Shown here: one piece after another, positions 47,038-59,179 of the stretch
Position numbering within the stretch: position 1 is the stretch's first letter
Layout: each line of letters starts with the position of its first letter
Assembly (NCBI RefSeq): GCF_018977255.1
Contig: NW_024704742.1
Location: forward strand, 136,898,001-136,962,000
DNA from: Callorhinchus milii
Lineage: Eukaryota
DNA: 64,000 nt
Direction: 5' to 3'
Made by a program: the position numbers and the translations under genes
The notes under the pieces: generated by a model
Seen by the model: the letters and a program-made list of their open reading frames with translations, nothing else
Database searches by the model: none
Told to the model about the DNA's origin: nothing

Positions 47038-50000
47038 GAATGAACTATTTTTCCATCTACTTTTATCTAATGTTATTTTAAAAAATGATTAGTTATAGCG
47101 TAGGCCAGATGCACACATATAGAATTTACATCCAACATCAACTTGCCCTTCACATGAGATAGGGTCTTGTGACCCACAAAGGTGTTGGAAGCATATCAAT
47201 CATATCAACAACATCAGGGGACAATTTGATATCCATCTTACCAAATTCAAAGAATTGTAGTGTAGGATTATTTATTTGTTGGCTCATTTTGAGAAAAACA
47301 CAGCACAGAATTGATGGAAAGAATGTACCATGACATTCTCTGATTATGTGTTGCAAGTGCTGAATCTCCTGGTTAATTGCTTAATATTGATATCCAAACC
47401 TAATGGTGATTACTGTTTAGTGTAACTATACCAACATGACAAGAAGTAAGATAGACCTATGTGAATGACTTTACCAATCTTTACCTGATAAATTACTTAT
47501 AACTTTAGGAGTTGGATTTAGTCTGATAACTTTGGGTCTGTAGTTACAACCTCATTTTATCCTCATCAAATTGTATTAACCAGACCTTATGTTGCATACC
47601 CACCTAGTACCAGTGAGTCACTTAACAGTGGAGGGCTTGGGCAACATCTTGGCAGTCCCGTCACAAACCTTAATGCAGTGTCCTACTGAGCTTGCTCCAG
47701 AGTGAAGGTTAATGAGTAGTGTATCTTACATTGTCGGGTGCGATCTAAAGATTGGCGGGGTAGAACGATTGAGCTAGAGAGTTCGAGTTTCGTAGAGCAG
47801 TGGTTGAGGTAATGCCCCCATCCCCCCCCCCCGCCTTACCCTGGCGATGTATACATTGCGCCTTTATCTCCTGCTCCTCTCTTCCCATCGCTCACTCATC
47901 ACTATCTCATGCTTTGTACAAACTTGTGAGAGCAGCGTGAAGAGTGACTGGAAAAGAGACAGAGTGGTATGTTGAGGCAGCAAGGGAATGACAGGAAGTA
48001 GCGCCACTAATATTCGTATCCTCCCACCCCCCACACCTCTGCCTCTGGCTGAAAACACGCCTGCTGAGGATGGGGTGAGGATGAAGGACAAGGAGAAATT
48101 CAGAACCAGCTGAGCAATGGGGTTGGGTAGCAGTGCGTGGTGTCAGCAAGTTAGAGAGGTAGGGAAGGGATAAGGCATGAAGTGATTTATAAGTGATCTT
48201 GAAATCGATCTGTTCTGCAATAGCCAGTGGAGCCTGGCAATGGCTGAGATTATGGGTGGTGCAGTTTTGAATCAATTGAATTTATGAATGGGTGAGCTGA
48301 GGAGACCAGCAAGGAAGGCACTCAGAAAACTTGAGGCAGGAGGTGACGAAAATGTGGATGAGGGTCTCTGTCTGCTGTGTTGGAAGTCAGGTTTGATCGG
48401 ATATAGATCATTCAGTTTATTGTCTGTGTATTGTTTCTCTTAACATAAGCTACTCTTCTACTTGTTCCTCTCCCCCCTCCACCCCACTTCCTTAAATACT
48501 TCTGTTTTCGATCATTCAGTTTTAAAATTAACTAATAATAATAATAATCCTTGCATTTGATATAGCGCTTTTCACGTCTTCTAGACGTCTCAAAACACTT
48601 CACAGAAAATCCTGTAAAGTGAATTGACTGTATATTTGTGGGCGTCAGCTTCAACAATTGAATTCCATGTTTTATTCTCCATCTGTGAAAATATTTATTA
48701 TCCAACCTCCCCTTTATTATTTTTTACTAAACAATTCAATAAAATGATTTTAAAAAAATACAAAGAAAAGAAAAACTTAGGCAAACATGAGTTATATCGT
48801 TCACATGCATCAGATAACAGAACTGAAGCTGAGCAATGTGGGGGAGAAGTGACAGGCAAACAGAGACGAGTGTGAGAGGACACGGGATTCAGAATTCTGG
48901 ATGATCTGTATCTTATGAAGGAAGGAACTGGGAAATCCAGCAAGCAGGGTGCTTGACTAGCTGAGCCTGGAGATGATGAAGGTGTGCATGAGGATCTCAG
49001 CAGCTTGTGAGGAAAGTTAGTGGTGCATGTTGTGGGGGTTAGAGAAATCAGACAGATTTTCGATATAAGGTTTGGTTGGGGGGTGAACAAGTCACTGAGG
49101 TTCTGCACCTTGTACCCTGTGGGGGGTGCCCTGTGGGGGGTGTTGCCTGTGGGGAGGGGGGGATGCCCTGTGGTTGTGGGGTGGTGGGGGGGGCACTGTG
49201 GTGGGTTGCCCCCGAGGCGGGGGGGGGGGGGGGTTAGGGTGTTTTAGGGTTCTGTGCTGCCATCAGTAGTGCCCTAGAATACTGCGGAACCTGGCTCAAG
49301 AGCTGGGTTACCAACACTGCCAATTTGGGGGATTATTGGCCAGGACACCAGGAGAAAACCCCTTCTCAGGGATCTGAAATTCCACCAGGTTTATGCTTGA
49401 AACCATTATCTTAGAATTAATAAAATTGTTAAATTTAGTTTTAATCTGGTTTAGCTGCTGGTTTTCTTTAGTTCTAAAGAACAGGATTCCAAATTTAGAC
49501 TGAATTAAAACATTTTCAGAAATTTAAAAGTGGTTTTGCAGGCTATCAGAATTTCTGCTCTTAATTATAATCATAATCATGTACCAATTAATGTATCTGT
49601 TTGAAGGAAATCACACTTAAACCAAACCTGCCTGAACATCTTGCTCAGAATTCTGTTACTTTCTACAGTTACGCAAGTTCAGTCTGTGCAATTTCTGTTT
49701 AGTTATTCAAGAAGGAACTTACTTTTTAAGCACTTCATCACATCAAACATACTTCACAGTAATTATGGAGTCATGGGCAGTGACTGTTTTTGTAAGTAAA
49801 TTCTATAGCCAACATGCACGTGGTTTTGTTCATGTACTACTTCTGAGTTGTTTCATTTTGCTGTTGTAAACACTTGAATGTTTCCAGTTTGAAAATCCTA
49901 CACTTCTCATTTAGTTGACCATTTGATGCATTTTGCATTGTTACCTTAGAATCATAGATTGTTCAAGTACAGAAGCAGGCTATTCAGATAACCCAATCTC

Positions 50001-50151
50001 TGATGGTAATTTTTCTGCAAATCAGCCACCTAAAATAATCCCTCTCTTTCTCACTCCCCTTTACCATTTGATATTCTTTGTTTAAACTGCACAAACCTCT
50101 CCTATCTGCCCACAGTACCAGGAGACTTCCTTTATGAAAGTAGTCAACAAC

Positions 50152-50470
50152 AATAATAATAATAATCATCCTTGAATTTGATATAGCGCTAATCACGTCT
50201 TCTAGACGTCGCAAAGCGCTTCACAGAATATACTGTAAAATAAATTGACTGTATATTTGTGGATGAAACGCAGTAACCAATTGCGCACAGCAGTATCCCA
50301 CAAACAGTCGTGGATTGAAAATGACCAATTTATTATTGTTTTGTTTTTTGGAGGGATTATTATAAGACGTGTGGAATAAGGAAAATTGCCCAAGGTTTCG
50401 TCCTGTCTGGAATTGAACCCGGGTGTCTCGCTTGCAAGGCGAGTGCTCTAATCACTGAGCTACAGGACTT
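50152..50470 (-). mobile_element. tRNA-Ala-derived SINE, short form, TAGAA loop
   Basis: Full-length reverse copy. Confidence 0.92.
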
Positions 50471-50479
50471 CAGAACAAT

Positions 50480-50935
50480 ATTCTCTCTATCTGTGACCAG
50501 GATTCTCTCTGCCTCCTTGTTCTTCTTGATCTCTCTGCCTCCTCCCGCACTCCATCATTCTCTACCATCTCAACTCTCAGCTCCACCTTCATAGTTTTGT
50601 TCTCTCCTGATTTTACATTGTCTAATGGTTTCTCCTTCTGCACTTGCTCTGTTACGTATAGTGTTTCTTAGAGCTCTATCCTTGTTACTCCTTTTTTATA
50701 TCTGCAAGCTCGTGCTTGGCAATGTCCTCACCTTTATCTTTAAATCCCTCCACAACTGCCCCCCCTCCCCCCACCTCACTGACCTCTCTCCTCACCACAG
50801 TGCCCGTTGCCTTCGCTCCACCGGTTCTGGCCTCCTCCTTGTCCCCCGAATCCTCCGCTCCACCGTCGGTGGCCGTGCCTTCAGCCACTATGCCCCGAGG
50901 CTCTGGAACTCCCTTCCTCACTTACACAGAGGCTC
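50480..50935 (+). mobile_element. L2 ORF2 fragments
   Basis: LRSTGSGLLLVPRILRSTVGGRAFSHYAPRLWNSLP. Confidence 0.85.
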
Positions 50936-51799
50936 TCCTACTTGGTTCCAGTCAACGTCTTGTCACCACAGGGATCGACAGCATCAAATTACTTGGATAC
51001 ATACTCCACCTTGCAGTGTTTGAGTGAAACCTCAGTGTTTTGTTTGACTCTCAGCTGTCCTTTAAACCTTACATTCGTGCTCTGGCCTGCTCAACTCTCC
51101 ACCTCTGTAACATTGCCTCTACCACTACCTCTTCCCTCGGGATGTGGAAGATGCCATATAAATGTAAATTTGCATTAATTTGAGCCTTTTTAAAATGACT
51201 TAATTAACAAAATTGACATTTTAATGGGAATAAGCCTTGCATTTTAAATTAAACCTATAATGCTGAAACGGCTCAAAGCGCTTCACGGGAAATTGTCAAA
51301 CAGGATTTGTAGGCAAATTTGATAGATGCTTCAAAAATTGGAATACTGAAAGTGGCAAACAGGAGAGTGGTGAGTAAAGATCCCATTTCATGATCCTACT
51401 GGAAAACATCAGCACAAACTTGATGACAGTATGGCTCATTTTGTAGTATTTTATGATTAAATTTGGTATTTTTGAAAAAGGTATGATCATAAAAGGTATA
51501 AAGAATATAACTAATGAAGAACAAATAATTGTGCTCTGGATCTATTAATATGAGCGGGGTGGCATTGACTGAGAATGGAAGAGCATCAAGTGGTGTGTGG
51601 CGCTATTATACTGGAATGTAATTCCCTCCTGTATTCTGTGCAATCTCCAAAAAGCACTCCACCAGTGAGATGTTTTCATTTTCCAGACACACTCTGTTAT
51701 AACTTCAATGAGAACAATGGCTCCATCAGTGCAAATGGTTCGCACAGTTCAGGTCAGCTTTGGCTATATATTCCGACTTGTAGATGGATCTTGTTTATT

Positions 51800-52175
51800 T
51801 CAGCCTGGCTTAGTGGTAGCGCTCTCACATCTTGAGTCAAAGGGTTGTGAGATCAGGCTCATCTGACACTCCAATACAACATCAATACAGTGGGGGTTGC
51901 AGTTGGAGGTGCTAGCCTTCGGATAAGACATTAAACCGGGGTACCAACTGCCAGTTCAGGTGGAGGTCAAAGATCCCTTGGCACTATTCGAAAAGAGAAG
52001 GAACTTTCTCCTGGTGTCCTGGCCAGCAAATCCCTCAAAATAAAATTGGTTATTCACTTAATGGCCGTTTATGGGACACTGCTCTGCACAATTGGCTGCT
52101 GCGTTTGCCAACAAATACACATTCAAATTTTTTTTACAGTATATTCATATGAAGTGCTCTGAGATGTCTCGATTT
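51800..52175 (+). mobile_element. Old DeuSINE (SacSINE1-like) relic
   Basis: TTAGTGGTAGC...TGAGTCAAAGGGTTGTG head, AAAGATCCCTTGGCACTATTCG body, Deu-like core. Confidence 0.7.
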
Positions 52176-52510
52176 AATAGAGGTTTTCAAAATTATGAGC
52201 CGTTTTGATAAGAGTAGATAGGGAGAAACTGTTTCCACTGGCAGGTGGGTCAGTAACTAGATTTAAGATGGCAAAAGAACCAGAGGGGAGATGAGGAGAA
52301 TTCTTTTTAAGAGTTGTTACTGTCTGGAATTATTTATTATGACAGTATTCAGTTACAATTTGTAGTTCAACAGCCCCTTTCACGATAATGTCTTTAAGAG
52401 CTTTTTGAAGATGGTGGGTATCACCGAGCTGGGGGAGGACGATTATGGAGTGAGAGCTTGAGGATTTATACCAAAGATTGTGAATGAATTATTTGGTCAT
52501 TCCAATCTGG

Positions 52511-52712
52511 TGACACCTCTATAAAGTCTGATATAAACAGTAACACCTATATATTGTCTGATATTAACAATGAAAGCTCTATATAGTCTTATGTTAACAA
52601 TTAAACCTCTATATAGTCTGATATAAAAAGTGACACCTCTATATAATTTTCATATTAGTGATGCCACTATATTGTTTGATATTATCATTGACACCTCCAT
52701 CAATTCTCCATA
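52511..52712. repeat. Degenerate 30-bp tandem repeat (TGACACCTCTATATAGTCTGATATTAACAG) x ~6.5
   Basis: Units start at 52511, 52541, 52571, 52601 and 52631. Confidence 0.9.
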
Positions 52713-53509
52713 TAAGTTGGTCATTCACTGTGTCTGCACAAAAATAGTGCTACACAATAGCAATTACTTGTGAAGCTTGAGATAATTGACGTGATAAGGT
52801 GGTACTGTATAAAATTGCAAGGTTTATTTTCTCAACCCACTCTCATTTCCCATTTGAATTTGAAGGAATTGGGCGGCTCTCTATAAAAGCCACAAATGAA
52901 CCCACAGCAAAATTGGCACCTTGAAGATTAGATTCACGAAGCTGCAATCTGTTGGAAGGGCTATGTTGACCGTTTATGGGTGCGTGCCTGCTAGTATAAT
53001 AAATAATGATGATCCTTGCATTTGTATAACATCTATAATGTTGAAACCACTCAAAAGCGCTTCACAGGAAATTGCTGTCAAGTGTAGTGACTATTTGTAA
53101 ACAAAAGTAGCTACCAATTAGGATGATGATTCATAAAAGCCACAACACCATAAACATGTATAGGACTGTAGAAGGCCATTCGGCTAATCTGTACCAGCTC
53201 CCTCAAGAGCATTCCTTTCAGTCTCGCTTACCTGCCCATTCCCCATACCCATGTAGATGACTCTTAAGATATCTGACGACAATTAATTCCCTCTTGAAGT
53301 CCAATATAAATTTTGCCTCAACACTGCTCCCAGCAGGGCCTTCCATATCTCTGTGAATAAAAAAATTATAATAATATTAATAATCTTTGATATAGCACTT
53401 TATCACCTCATTGAGACATCTCAAAGCGTCTCACAGTTATCTGTAAAGTGAATTGATTGTATTTTGTGGGCCAAATCTGGCAGCCAATTGTGCACAGCAG
53501 TGATCTACA

Positions 53510-54170
53510 AACAACACAACAACAAAATTACATTATAGAGCGCCCTTCACGTCGGGAGGACATCCAAAAGCGCTGACCAGTCAGGTGTCTTGGCCCGAGC
53601 ATGGGGGAGGGATGGTGCAGGGGCGAGGGAAGGCAGAGGGGTGGGAGGGAGACCAAAGGCACGATCGAATAGAAGGCTCTTGAGATCGGCCTTGAAGGAG
53701 GCAAGGGAACAACAACAAGATTCCATTTATAGAGCGCCTTTCACGTCGGGAGGACGTCCCAAGGCGCTGTACAGTTGGGTCAGGACCCGAGCATTGGGGG
53801 GGAAATGGTCAGGGTGAGGGGAGGGAAGGGAGGGAGCGAGGAGGGGTAGAGAGTCGAGAGGGGAGCTGAAGGCACGGTTAAAGAGAAAGCTCTTGAGACC
53901 GGCCTTGAAGGAGGAAAGGGAGGAGGCGGCGAAGGCACTGGGGGATAGAGTTCCAGAGCCAGGAAGCGAGGAGAAGGGGCCGTGGGATGGAGTTCCAGAG
54001 TGTGGAGGCAGAGAGGCTGAAGGCCCGGCCACCGTTGGTAGGGCGAGTCGGGCGGGAGACATGAGCAGACCGGAGCCCGCTGAACAAAGGGAGCGGGCAG
54101 GTTAGTAGGGAGTCAGCAGGTCAGAGAGGTAGGGGCAAGGCCATGGATGGCCTTAAAAGTGAGGATTGAG
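53510..54170 (-). mobile_element. Nested L2 3' ends
   Basis: Two hairpin-plus-(GTT)n tails (~53515 and ~53708); the young L2 piece sits inside an older L2 3' end. Confidence 0.88.
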
Positions 54171-54179
54171 TGATATGAA

Positions 54180-54363
54180 GTGATTATTACCCCAAAAAGC
54201 AATCCGACAATTGACCAACATTGGATTCCTACTTATTCCTAGGTAAACAGAGGTGTGTGGAGTAATGAAAACTTGCCAAACATTTCACCCTATCCGGGAA
54301 TCGAAACCAGATCCTCTTGCTTGCAAGGCGAGCGCGCTAACCACTATGCTACAGGACTCCACA
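54180..54363 (-). mobile_element. tRNA-Ala-derived SINE 5' half, long form
   Basis: GGTAAACAGAGGTGTGTGGAG...GCTACAGGACTCCACA. Confidence 0.85.
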
Positions 54364-55585
54364 TCTCTTATCTTTGAGGTATGGAGATGCAAACTCCTAA
54401 ACTCGAAATTCTCCCATTTGCTCATATCTGAACTCCCAAACTCAAAATTCTCCCATCTAACTGTCTTAAATTAATGTTCACTAATTATTGAGTCACCGAT
54501 CAGTGGAAATACTTTCTACCTATTGAGTTTATCAAAAGCTTCATAACTTTTGAAGACCTCTATCAGGTCACTCCTCAACTTTCTTTGTTCCAGTAAAGGC
54601 TCTGCATCCCCTCTTTTACCTAATGTGGTGTGACCAATACTAGATAGTATCTTTTAAATGCAATCATTTAATGACAAGTTTACATTTTTTCGTAAGCATA
54701 ACAAAGCAGGAAATGATATCAATGATGAAAACCAATCAGAGATCTGCCATTTTAGCTAGATTAGCCAGCCCACACACAGAGAGCAAACAAACTGCGCACG
54801 TGCACAATGAATGGGGTCTTTATAAGCAAATTTCACACTACAGTAAAGCATGTATTAATGAGCCTATACCTTAAGCTTTTATCATTCAAAATTACAGAAT
54901 CATCATTAAAATGTGTTTTGAAATCCTCATTTCTTCTTCATAATGGAAGCGCATACAACTTGCTAAAACCCCTGGCTTGGATTCTGCTTTAGCTGAGATC
55001 CAGCGTTTTAAGGACGTCCTCCCGACATGGAAGGCGCTATACAAATGTCATTGTTGTTTCTGAGCATCAAAACCTACCTTTCCACTAGCTGGAGATGCTG
55101 CTTGCCCTGCTTACATGTAGGGGAGACATCACTGACATCTTTAGAATACCGTAATTTTGACTCCATTAATACTTTTTGGCATTTTGCTAAGTGAAATTGA
55201 TTTGCTCATTACAGTGTGTTCTGAGGTTTTGAGCTGCTCTTTCTCCCAAACTTCTGCACAAAACAGCAAATTACCATTATTTGTCACCATTCCTCTTTCT
55301 ACTCTAAATTTTCAGTGTGCGGCGTGGGTGCCACAGCCATCTGGCAGGAAACTGCAGTCAACAATCTAATTAAACTGAGCTGTGTGTGCTGATATCCACA
55401 AGCCATTTATTAAAGTTGTTGAGTATTTTTTTAATGGTGTTTTTTATGTTTAGTGGAAGTACGTCTCTCCCCTCTTAGAAATCTTTATAAAGCAAGGATA
55501 AAGAGCACTGCCCAACCAAAACTTTCCATTATTATAGCTGCCTTTGGCAGTGCATTGGCTGAGAATTGTGGTTTTAAAAATCCAT

Positions 55586-55900
55586 TGTGGAGTCATGAAA
55601 TTTAGTGGTTAGCACACTCGTTCACAGTTTGAAACTTTAGGCAAGATTCGTTATTCCACACACCTCTGTTTACCCAACAGTAGTTAGGAACCATTGTTAG
55701 TCGATTGGTGGATTGCTTTCTGGGCGTAATAATCCCTCAAAACAAATTTAGTCACTCAATCCACAACTCTGTGTATGCAATCGGCTGCCATGTTTTGCCC
55801 GCAAAATATGCAGTCAATCCAATACAATATATTCTGTGATGCGCTTTGAGACATCTCAATGACATGATGAGCCACTATATAAAATGCAAGACTTATTATT
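55586..55900 (+). mobile_element. tRNA-Ala-derived SINE, long form, decayed
   Basis: TGTGGAGTC head, CCTCTGTTTACC segment, tail. Confidence 0.8.
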
Positions 55901-56119
55901 AATTTGCCTCTGGTTAAGGAATTTTTTAAAAAAATCTATTTTTGCCAAAAATTACCAAGGAAGGAATTAAATGGTTCAGAGGGACCTGATGTAAAAAGGG
56001 TTACTGTAGAGGAATAGACTATTTCTACTGTTTAGTGAATCAACAGACTGCAAAGAAAAAAAATTAAACAAGAGCTTGGAAGCAAAGCTCTTATTTTCCA
56101 AGCTCTTATTTAATAATCC

Positions 56120-56365
56120 TATATAATCCTTGCATTTGATATAATAATAATCCTTGCATTTGATATAGTGCCTTATCATGTCTTTGAGATGTCTCAAAGA
56201 GCTACACAGAATATACCGTAAAGTGAATTGACTGTATATCTTGCCATTTGCGCACAGCAGTGTCCCACAAACTCATGATTTTTAAAAATGTTTAATTTTT
56301 TTTTGAAGGTTCATTAACCCGAGAAAAGACAAATAACAGCCAGGTTCCTACTTACTGCTAAGCTT
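56120..56365 (-). mobile_element. SINE 3' part with duplicated tail end
   Basis: ATAATCCTTGCATTTGATATA occurs twice. Confidence 0.8.
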
Positions 56366-57349
56366 AGGATGGCTGGAATGTGGAATTTTGTGCCACAAAA
56401 TGGTGTTGGAACAAAGACCATCAATTATTTTAAAAGTGAATGAGATAGGTGCTCACAGAGAGGAATGCAATAGGATATGGTGGAGTGAATAGGAGAGCAG
56501 GATTAGCCTAGATGGAGAGAAACACCAGTACAGACTTGATGGGCTGAATGACCTGTTTCCATACTATAAAAACACAACTCTGACTTGCCTCAAGAAAATG
56601 TAGTATCTGTGCCAAGCGGACATCAAGAGAGTGAGACAATTGGCACAGAATCAAAGGTGATTGTAGTTCCAATACCCCCTTCCCCCCACAATAAAGCCAT
56701 TGATAGCAGCTGGAATAAATCTTGACCATCACCTTCTGTGGTCATGCAGCCCTTTTCCATTCATTATATCGGTTTGTTTCTTTCTTACTTTCAAGAAAGT
56801 GAGATAAACTCACTTTTTAAAAATTGAATGTAGCTTAAATTCTTAGTTTACACATGTAAAGTGATGTTTTTATTGAGAAACAATCTGAATTATATTATTA
56901 CAAATTTTTCTCCTCTTCACTCATTCTTAATTAGTGTCATAGTGTCTTGTGCGCGCGTGACTCTCTCCCTCTCTTTTTACATTCATTTTCTTTCTAATAT
57001 CAAAAGCAACATACAAATTCACCAAAGACATCAATTAGTCGATTGATTGTTGTTACACGGATTAGCTGGCTGGCTGATCTCCACCACAGTCACTGCACTC
57101 ATTCAATTTAGGACTTAAATTCTTTGTCCACACTTTGAACAAATTCAGTTGAGTAGAGCTTAAAATTAGAAACAAAAATGATTTCTCATCATGAAATATC
57201 TCAAATATTTGAAAGTACACCACTTGGATGTTCCCATCATTCTGGTGAATAATGTGAAGTGTCTCCCTTCTGCAAACGGGTGTATCTGAGGTGTGGCAGG
57301 AACATGGTGGCAATGTTCTCACACATTTAATGCTGAACTCTGACAATAC

Positions 57350-57902
57350 TTCAGTCGACAAGCTGCCGAAACCCTTGTCCATGCCTTGGTCTTGGCTGGA
57401 CTACTCAAACACCCTCCACTATTCACAAAATTCAACTCAACCAAAACTCCGCCGCCTGCATTCTCACCCACACTAAACTCTTCACCCTGATTACCCCAGT
57501 CCTTGCCCAGTCCCATTCCACTGGCTCCCTGTCATAGAACGGCTCGAGTTCAAGATCCTCACTCAAGTGTTTAAATCCCTCCATGTCTTAGCATGTCTTA
57601 GCATCCCCCTATCTGTCCAAGCTACCCGCTGCCTCTGGTCTACTGGCTCTGATCTCCTCCATGTCACTCGAATCCTCCGCTCTACCATCGGCAACCGTGC
57701 CTTCAGCCACTATGCCCCGAAGCTATGGAACTCAATCCCTTCACCTTGACCCTCTTTCCCCATTTTCAGGTTGCGCCTGAAGACCTTCCTGTTCGATTGT
57801 CCCTTTGGTCACCTTCCCCCTCCCCCTGGCTGGGCATTGTTAAGCGCTCTGGGATGCTGCCCTGGGTGGAGGGCACTATATAAATGCAAGTTGTTGTTGT
57901 TG
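57350..57902 (+). mobile_element. Decayed L2 3' fragment
   Basis: RILRSTIGNRAFSHYAPKLWNSIP, LKTFLFD, tail (TTG)n. Confidence 0.85.
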
Positions 57903-58159
57903 AGATGTGTCGCAGGGTATCTCCCATCCACAAATTCTCACTCATATACCCACTCAGTTCATTTTGGCACCAAATAGTTACTTAATTCCCTCTTAAATTT
58001 GTTTTTGCAATCTGCCTCTGAGATATCTATTCCATATTCACTGTGAATATGTGGGGAAAAAATGTATAAAGTAACATAAGGTAGTTTAAAGTAGCATCCC
58101 CTCAATGCTGCCATACTTTTCACCACACTTATACCCTGTTCGTCATTCAACTTGATTCA

Positions 58160-58525
58160 GGTGTTCATTCTTTACTTTGAGTCAGAAGGATGTGGGTCCA
58201 AATCCCGTGTTGTAGCTTTTCCAGGCTGGCGCTCCACTGCAGTACTGGGGAAATGCTGCATTTCTAGAGGGGCTATCCTGCGTACGTTAAACCATCTGCC
58301 TGTTCAGGTGAACGTTAAAGATCCTTGGAAAGAGAAGTGAGTTTTTCCTAGTATGCTGGTCATTGGTCATCAGATAAAATTGATCACTTCACAGCTATTT
58401 GTGCAAAATGCTACACACAAAATAGCCGCTGCATTCGCCTACAAATGCAGTCAGGAAAAACACTTTACACTAAAAACTCTGTGAAGCATTTTGAGACATT
58501 TTGATGTGATAAGACATCAAATAAA
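58160..58525 (+). mobile_element. Old DeuSINE (SacSINE1-like) relic
   Basis: TTTGAGTCAGAAGGATGTGGGTCC head and CCTGTTCAGGTGAACGTTAAAGATCC body. Confidence 0.6.
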
Positions 58526-59179
58526 AGGGTTTTATTCATTCTATCAGCAGTTTTACGTTTTGAAACAATGGCTGATGTTTTGCGAGTGGTGAGATAATTT
58601 CTCAGTAACAAGGGGCTTCTGTTACTGAAATTAGAAATTTAAGTGACAAACTATTAAATAAGATATTAAAGGGGAGGTTAGAAAAACTATCTACACAGAG
58701 GGTTGTTGAAATGTGGAATTCTCTGTTACAAACTGGTTTGAAGTAGAATCTCTTTGCAAGGACATGAGAAAGATGTTGAAAGAGAAGGAATAATGAGGAG
58801 TGTGGGATACAGGTGGGAGAATAGGATTTGAGTAGGTGGCTTATGTGGAGCAAGGCATCAGCTCAGGGTTGATGGGCTAAATGGGTTATTTCTGTGCTGT
58901 ATCATTCTGCGATTCTTGAGACACACCTTGTGCAATAATATTTCTATGCTCCTGGCCAGCGATTCAGATATTGTGCAATTTTACTCTTGATTTACTGACT
59001 GCCAAATTGAGCCTGAGAACACAATTTCATCATGTTGCTTGAAAAGATCAGCATTTTTAAAAAATAAAAAGAACATAAAAGGCATCTGTAGAATTGAGTG
59101 TGTGGTACATGCTACTACTATCTGTTGAAGTGGCCAAATCTGCTTGTGATTTCTTCATTGGTTTCCCAGTCTGGAGGGC

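Noticed and set aside
47150..47356. Non-repeat ORFs at 47150-47356 and 57062-57382
   Set aside because: No clear splice signals, start context or known homology
49100..49250. G-rich tract with one TTAGGG
   Set aside because: A single hexamer is not an interstitial telomere; simple low-complexity sequence
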